From Rhizodiscina lignyota (Eukaryota), in assembly GCA_010015805.1 (NCBI GenBank), contig ML978121.1, forward strand, positions 124,001 to 188,000: 64,000 nucleotides of DNA, in the 5' to 3' direction. Both the position numbers and the translations under genes were made by a program. The number at the start of each line of letters is the position of its first letter. The first letter of the stretch is position 1. Below the pieces are notes generated by a model, which did not search any database, had not been told where the DNA came from, and worked only from the letters and a program-made list of their open reading frames with translations. Shown piece after piece: positions 61,904 through 64,000 of this stretch.

Positions 61904-63277
61904 TCAATTGCCAGTATTGGGGCCAAACTTTTCCGAATGTATCCTCTCTCCGGCAACGCCGATCTGCTTCAGACCATTCTCGATATCCGTCATGAATCTT
62001 TCCGGCCCGCAGACATAGTATTGAGTCTTCGGGTTTCCGACATGCAGATCCTCCTTGCTGAGCTTATCCAGGTTCAGTCGTCCAGAATGGTGATAGTCAA
62101 CGCCCTGCACCTCGCCATCCTTGAGATACTTGTTGAACAGCACAACCTTCAGGTTAGGATTTGCCTTTGCGAGATCTTGCATGTGCGCCTTGAACGCTCG
62201 CAGATCAGAATGCCGCACACCGTGGATGTACGATATCGGCCTGTCCGACTTCTCGTCGATGAGCGAATTGAGGATGCTGGTGAGACACGTCAAGCCCACC
62301 CCAGCGGAAAGCAGGACAACAGGCGCGTCCTTGTCAGCGCTCTTCGTGTCGAAGTAGAAGTCGCCATATGGATGTGAGACCTCGACGATGTCGCCCTCAT
62401 TCCGTACGTCGTGCATCACGTTCGAGATGATGCCAGGATGTGTCGCGGCGCTTGGGTCATAGGGGTCGACCCCAGCCTCGCGCTTGACGCTCACGCGGTA
62501 GGAGGAACCATTCGGCGCGTCAGATAGTGAGTACTGCCGCGGCTGGATGTGGCCTAGGGTTGGCACCAGCGTGCGGATGGAGATGTACTGGCCAGGGAGG
62601 AAGTCTGGCAGCGGCTTGTTGCTTGCGTTCATGGGCTCGAGATAAAACGATGTGATCTCCTCGCTCTCCTTCACCTTGTGCGCGATCTTGAAGGGCGCCC
62701 AGCCCTTCCATTCTCCGGCCTTGGCGTACAGCTCTGCCTCCTTCGCGATGCAGATGTCGGCGAGTTGCCAGTAGGCCGTCGCCCATGCTTCGGCGACGTC
62801 GTCGGTCAACGCAGCGCCGAGGATCTCCTTCATCGCGGCTAGAAGGTACGTTCCCACGGTCTCGTACTGTTCGGGCCTGATGTACAACGAGGCGTGTCGC
62901 TGGCAGATAAGCTCCACAGCGGGACCAAGGGCGCCGAGATTGTCGATGTTGGCGGCGTAGGCGTACAGGGCGCCGGCAAGAGCAGCGGGCTGTCTGCCAG
63001 TCTTCATGTTCGAAAGATTGAAGACGGTCTTGAGTTCCGGATGGGCGGCCAGCATGTTGCCGTAGAATCGAGTCGTTATCGTGGCGCCATGCTCTGCAAG
63101 AATCGGCACGGTGGATTTGATGATTGACACTTGCGCGGGAGTGAGAGAGACATTCTTTGGTCTGTAGGGTTCTAATGAGGCAGCGGGTTGAGGGGTATTG
63201 ATGGTCGCTGTATCGACTGTGGCCATGGTTGGCGGAGATAAGATATGACTTGAGATTTGGTTGAGACGATGGGACAT
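61904..63277 (-). CDS. fhb: Flavohemoglobin (nitric oxide dioxygenase)
   Basis: Globin domain (IIKSTVPIL, FY.NML.AHPEL, Q..ALA, HASL) plus FAD/NAD domains (PGQYIS, RQYSLS, LLSAGVGLT, YYVCGPERFM, EKFG). Second in-frame ATG at 63226. Confidence 0.95.
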   Translation of the reverse strand: MSHRLNQISSHILSPPTMATVDTATINTPQPAASLEPYRPKNVSLTPAQVSIIKSTVPILAEHGATITTRFYGNMLAAHPELKTVFNLSNMKTGRQPAALAGALYAYAANIDNLGALGPAVELICQRHASLYIRPEQYETVGTYLLAAMKEILGAALTDDVAEAWATAYWQLADICIAKEAELYAKAGEWKGWAPFKIAHKVKESEEITSFYLEPMNASNKPLPDFLPGQYISIRTLVPTLGHIQPRQYSLSDAPNGSSYRVSVKREAGVDPYDPSAATHPGIISNVMHDVRNEGDIVEVSHPYGDFYFDTKSADKDAPVVLLSAGVGLTCLTSILNSLIDEKSDRPISYIHGVRHSDLRAFKAHMQDLAKANPNLKVVLFNKYLKDGEVQGVDYHHSGRLNLDKLSKEDLHVGNPKTQYYVCGPERFMTDIENGLKQIGVAGERIHSEKFGPNTGN

Positions 63278-64000
63278 GTGCTATGAGACTAACTGTCGAT
63301 GTGGAAATGGAAGCGATTGTACAGCAAGGTAACGAGGAGATATATCATATCAAGAACATTGTTATCCGCCGCGGACTTGTCTATGCCAAAGTGCTCTCTC
63401 ATGATACTCGCGACACTGCAGGAAGCGAATGAGGCGAGATTTGACGCGATGCACCAAGGATTGTCCACACTAAGGATTGCGATTCGCGATCTGAGCGGTC
63501 AAATTTCAATTGGAGCCTCGGAGCCTACCCGGCCGTTTTCGCAAGCACGAGGATGACCAAGCTCTCTATCATCATGGCTAGGATCGAGTTCGAAAGCACG
63601 ACTGAGACTGCATGCTCTTCCCGAGGCCCGGCGTCAGGGGCAATAACCATAGCGTAAGGGGTATCGTGCAGAAATCGCACCACCAAGACTTTTGCGGCTC
63701 GAAGGCGGAATTTCTCGTAAATACCGGAACATCTCGACTGCAAAGGTACGCGGAGAAGCATGAAAAGCCCACTCCGGCCGATATATGGAGGGAAAAATGT
63801 TAAAGTGGGCCAGAGGAGAGCGATGTTGCTACGGGTGGAGCGGTGGATCGGAGACGGCCAAGTGCATTTCTGAGTCAGTTCCCACATGGCATCTCCGCGG
63901 GGAAATGGCGCCAACCTCTATCCAAATCCAGCGTGCAGAAACGTCCCCTTATGGCTGCTGTTCGTCGTTGCAGGCCATCTCAGCCCAGGTATTTGGAACC

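Overview
Intron-containing genomic DNA from a filamentous ascomycete (Pezizomycotina-type short GT-AG introns with CTRAC-like branch sites), with about 26 protein-coding genes. The right half is mostly conserved housekeeping genes: glutaminase GtaA, a DUF1295 protein, a four-finger C2H2 transcription factor, epsin and flavohemoglobin. The left half looks accessory. The main finding is a compact 5-gene cluster at about 21.66-27.42 kb that resembles a minimal dikaritin-type fungal RiPP system, largely missed by the ORF track because of introns. It has two tandem canonical DUF3328/UstYa oxidases, a third divergent double-HXXHC protein, and a tiny spliced secreted peptide (47 aa, single core EDIQQQWFIKKYGDKA) followed by a decayed duplicate of its core exon. 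It also has a membrane-anchored CDH-type cytochrome (DOMON) protein in the middle, a possible redox partner. Other observations: two MITE families (5 copies, three just downstream of stop codons), two GC-AG introns, a PTS2-like extension on the flavohemoglobin, a mitochondrial-type acidic repeat protein and a 6-Cys CFEM-like secreted protein. All calls come from reading the sequence by eye; no searches were run.
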